Of a stretch of DNA of 64,000 nt, positions 61,767-64,000 are shown one piece after another. Position numbers and translations under genes: made by a program. How positions within the stretch are numbered: position 1 is the stretch's first letter; each line of letters begins with the position of its first letter. The stretch covers positions 13,702,001-13,766,000 of the forward strand of contig NC_043014.1 in the NCBI RefSeq assembly GCF_006345805.1, read 5' to 3'. This stretch comes from Octopus sinensis (Eukaryota). The notes below the pieces were generated by a model. The model ran no database searches. It was not told the origin of the DNA and saw only the letters and a program-made list of their open reading frames with translations.

Positions 61767-63449
61767 CTGGTAAGAAAAAAAAGGGAGAGAAAGGAGTGAG
61801 AAAAATAAACAAACAATACTAAAAGAAAAACTTTAAATACTTCAGTAAGTCTTTAGATTTACAAACAAAAAAATGTAGAGGTTACAATATGGAGAGCATA
61901 AGGAAGTATTTCAAGGGAGACAAAGAGACGTTATAATGGAGATGAGACAAAGGCACAAGGGAGATAATGTGAACAAATTCAATGCATGTGGTGGAAATCC
62001 CGATATTTCTAATGAATTTAAGAACTCAACTGGATCTATAGAAATGCATGTTCCTAATCTAATTTCTATTTTGTTAAGTCATTGCCTATTAATAGCATCA
62101 ACATCCCCATTTTTAGCAGCTAAAATTATTCTTTCTGATATCCATTTCGTATATATAATATATAATGAAATTATTGTATACAGTGCTCAGGTGCACCACA
62201 ACTTGTCAGAAAGTGCGTATAAAGTGTATGCAGTAATGTACAAATGTCTGGAAAGCGAACAATGTATGAGTCAGATACATGCTTGCGTGTGTATGGAGGG
62301 GAGAAAATCAGGTGTAGTGTTGGCGAATCTCAGAAAGCATGGAAGTTTTGAAGGGTGCAGTGCTCCGACAACTAACAACTGATGACGGCAGTTTGTTCCA
62401 TGCTTCAGCAACTCTTAGCATGGAAAAATGTTTCCGAAAGTCATGGGCGCTGTGCTGTTTTCTGACTTTGTAAATATGCACATGGGTGTTAGACAGGTGG
62501 AGTTTGAAAAGTTGCTCAGAGTTATTGTTTGTAAGATGGTTGATAATTTTATGGGTGTCTGCAATGTCCTCAAAAATAAATGTTTCCAAATCAATTTCAT
62601 TTTCAACTCTATTTCCACTGGAAATAAATAATATCATGTGATTGCCATCACTTAGGATCCTATTTTCTCCTACTTCTAACAGTGAATTTGCATAGGAGTG
62701 TCATCACTAAAGCAAGGTCTATTGAATATTATTCAATTCTCAGAAAATATATATTGGCTTCAAATTTTAGCACAAGGCCAATAATTTCGAGGGATGGGTC
62801 AAGTTGATTACCTTGACCCCCAAGTGCTCAACTGGTACTTATGTTATTGACCTCGAAAGGATAAAAAAGCAAAGTCGACCCTGGTGAGATTTGAATTTAG
62901 AACATAAAGACAGACAAAATGCCTAGTCCAGTGTAATAACGATTTTGCCAGCTTGCCACCTTTCTCAAAAAAAATAAATAATAATATAACCGTTTTGTAT
63001 GTGTGTGTGAGAGAGAGAACTTTGCATCTCAACCATGTGGTCTTGAGTTCACTCCCACTGCATGGCATCTTTGGCAAGTATCTTTTACTACAGCCCCAGG
63101 CCAACCAAAGCCTTGTGAATGGATTTGGTAGATGGAAATTGAAAGCCTACTATATATATATATATATAGATTAATCAGCCGAAATTGCGAGGATGATCCG
63201 GTTCGTGACTGAAGATTAGAGGCTTCAAATGACCTGTCCGTTTTTTGTATCGTCTATTTGAATGTTTTGCATTCTTGTTCCATTTTGTATTTTTATATAT
63301 ATTTTTTATACATATATATATATTTGCATATGTTTGTGTGCACCATTCTCTTGATATCATGTGATAATTGTAAACACAGATGGACTTCCTGTGATATTGT
63401 GTGTGTGTCTCAATATAGTCCCGTCCTGTGCAGTACTGTGTCACACAGG

Positions 63450-64000
63450 AAGTTATGAGTTAAGAGATTACAAGCAGTAGTTAAAAGATATCAGCAGAGA
63501 AGTAGGTCTGTTGACACCTCACAAGCAGCTGATACAGGATTTTACTTCAACTAGGTGTGACTTGAGGAAACGACTGTGTCCATGGTTTTCATAAATGCCA
63601 CTAACACTGATGCTACTAAAGTTCTACTTTCCTGAAGGAAAAGTTGGATGGATCAAGTGTAGCATTTTATGAAGACCCTTGGGAGCTAGACACAACGTGG
63701 ATGATGAGAGGAAGAGAAACAAATTGATCAGGAGTGCTTGAGTGAATGTGGTACAAGGCCAGACAGCTCTGAAGATTATAGGCCATTATAGTTGCAGTAT
63801 AAATAACAGAGAGAGAAGAAAGCCTGTCTGTGAAGTAGAGGATAGAGCATGACTATAAGTATTTTATACTGAGTGGCCTTTCTCTGGATATAGTCTAGTA
63901 TGTTGGTGTCTGTAGCAGCAGCACTGTCCTAGATTGTGGACATCACCTGAGCTTTGTGGATTGTCACAAAGTTATTAGAGGCTGAAAAGCCAGTTTGGGA
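63450..64000 (+). mobile_element. Decayed LINE endonuclease-region fragment
   Basis: Traces of LGA and xIDH-like APE motifs with many stops; a similar decayed piece lies at about 60140-60720(-). Confidence 0.4.

Noticed and set aside
61516-61812. ORF-track start and end for AdipoR, and a plus-strand donor-like CTG|GTAAG at about 61767
   Set aside because: The ORF extends into introns on both sides. The apparent donor is the reverse complement of the real minus-strand acceptor TTACCAG.
63175-63240. CTGAAGA and CGAAA near (TA)n as another hammerhead
   Set aside because: The motifs are in the wrong order and no stems I-III could be formed.

Overview
This is eukaryotic, AT-rich, repeat-saturated genomic DNA. 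The repeat landscape (tRNA-derived SINEs with internal (TA)n, RTE and CR1/L2 LINEs, Penelope-like elements, Helitron and TIR MITEs) fits an octopus-type cephalopod genome; that assignment is inferred from recalled repeat families, not a database hit. Three host-gene signals are supported. (1) An intact single-exon caspase-3/7-like ORF (2899-3690, +) whose catalytic His and Cys are both replaced, i.e. a predicted pseudo-caspase or decoy. (2) The last two coding exons of an adiponectin receptor (AdipoR, - strand, 61573-61766 and 59497-59622; the second is absent from the ORF track). (3) A 396-nt orphan coding exon (10204-10599, -) of an unidentified gene. The rest is mostly mobile DNA: a Ty3/Gypsy relic in two orientations, several RTE LINEs, a near-intact CR1/L2 RT, a near full-length Neptune-like Penelope element, and many SINEs, Helitrons and MITEs. 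The most unusual non-coding signal is a set of minimal type-I hammerhead ribozyme motifs in Penelope-type remnants. These include a U3-A8 core variant (31952-31989) and a hammerhead duplicated into a perfect 76-bp inverted repeat (37013-37170). I found no rRNA, true tRNA gene or CRISPR array. Most TE boundaries are approximate (tens of bp). Splice sites, TSDs and ribozyme coordinates were counted by hand.
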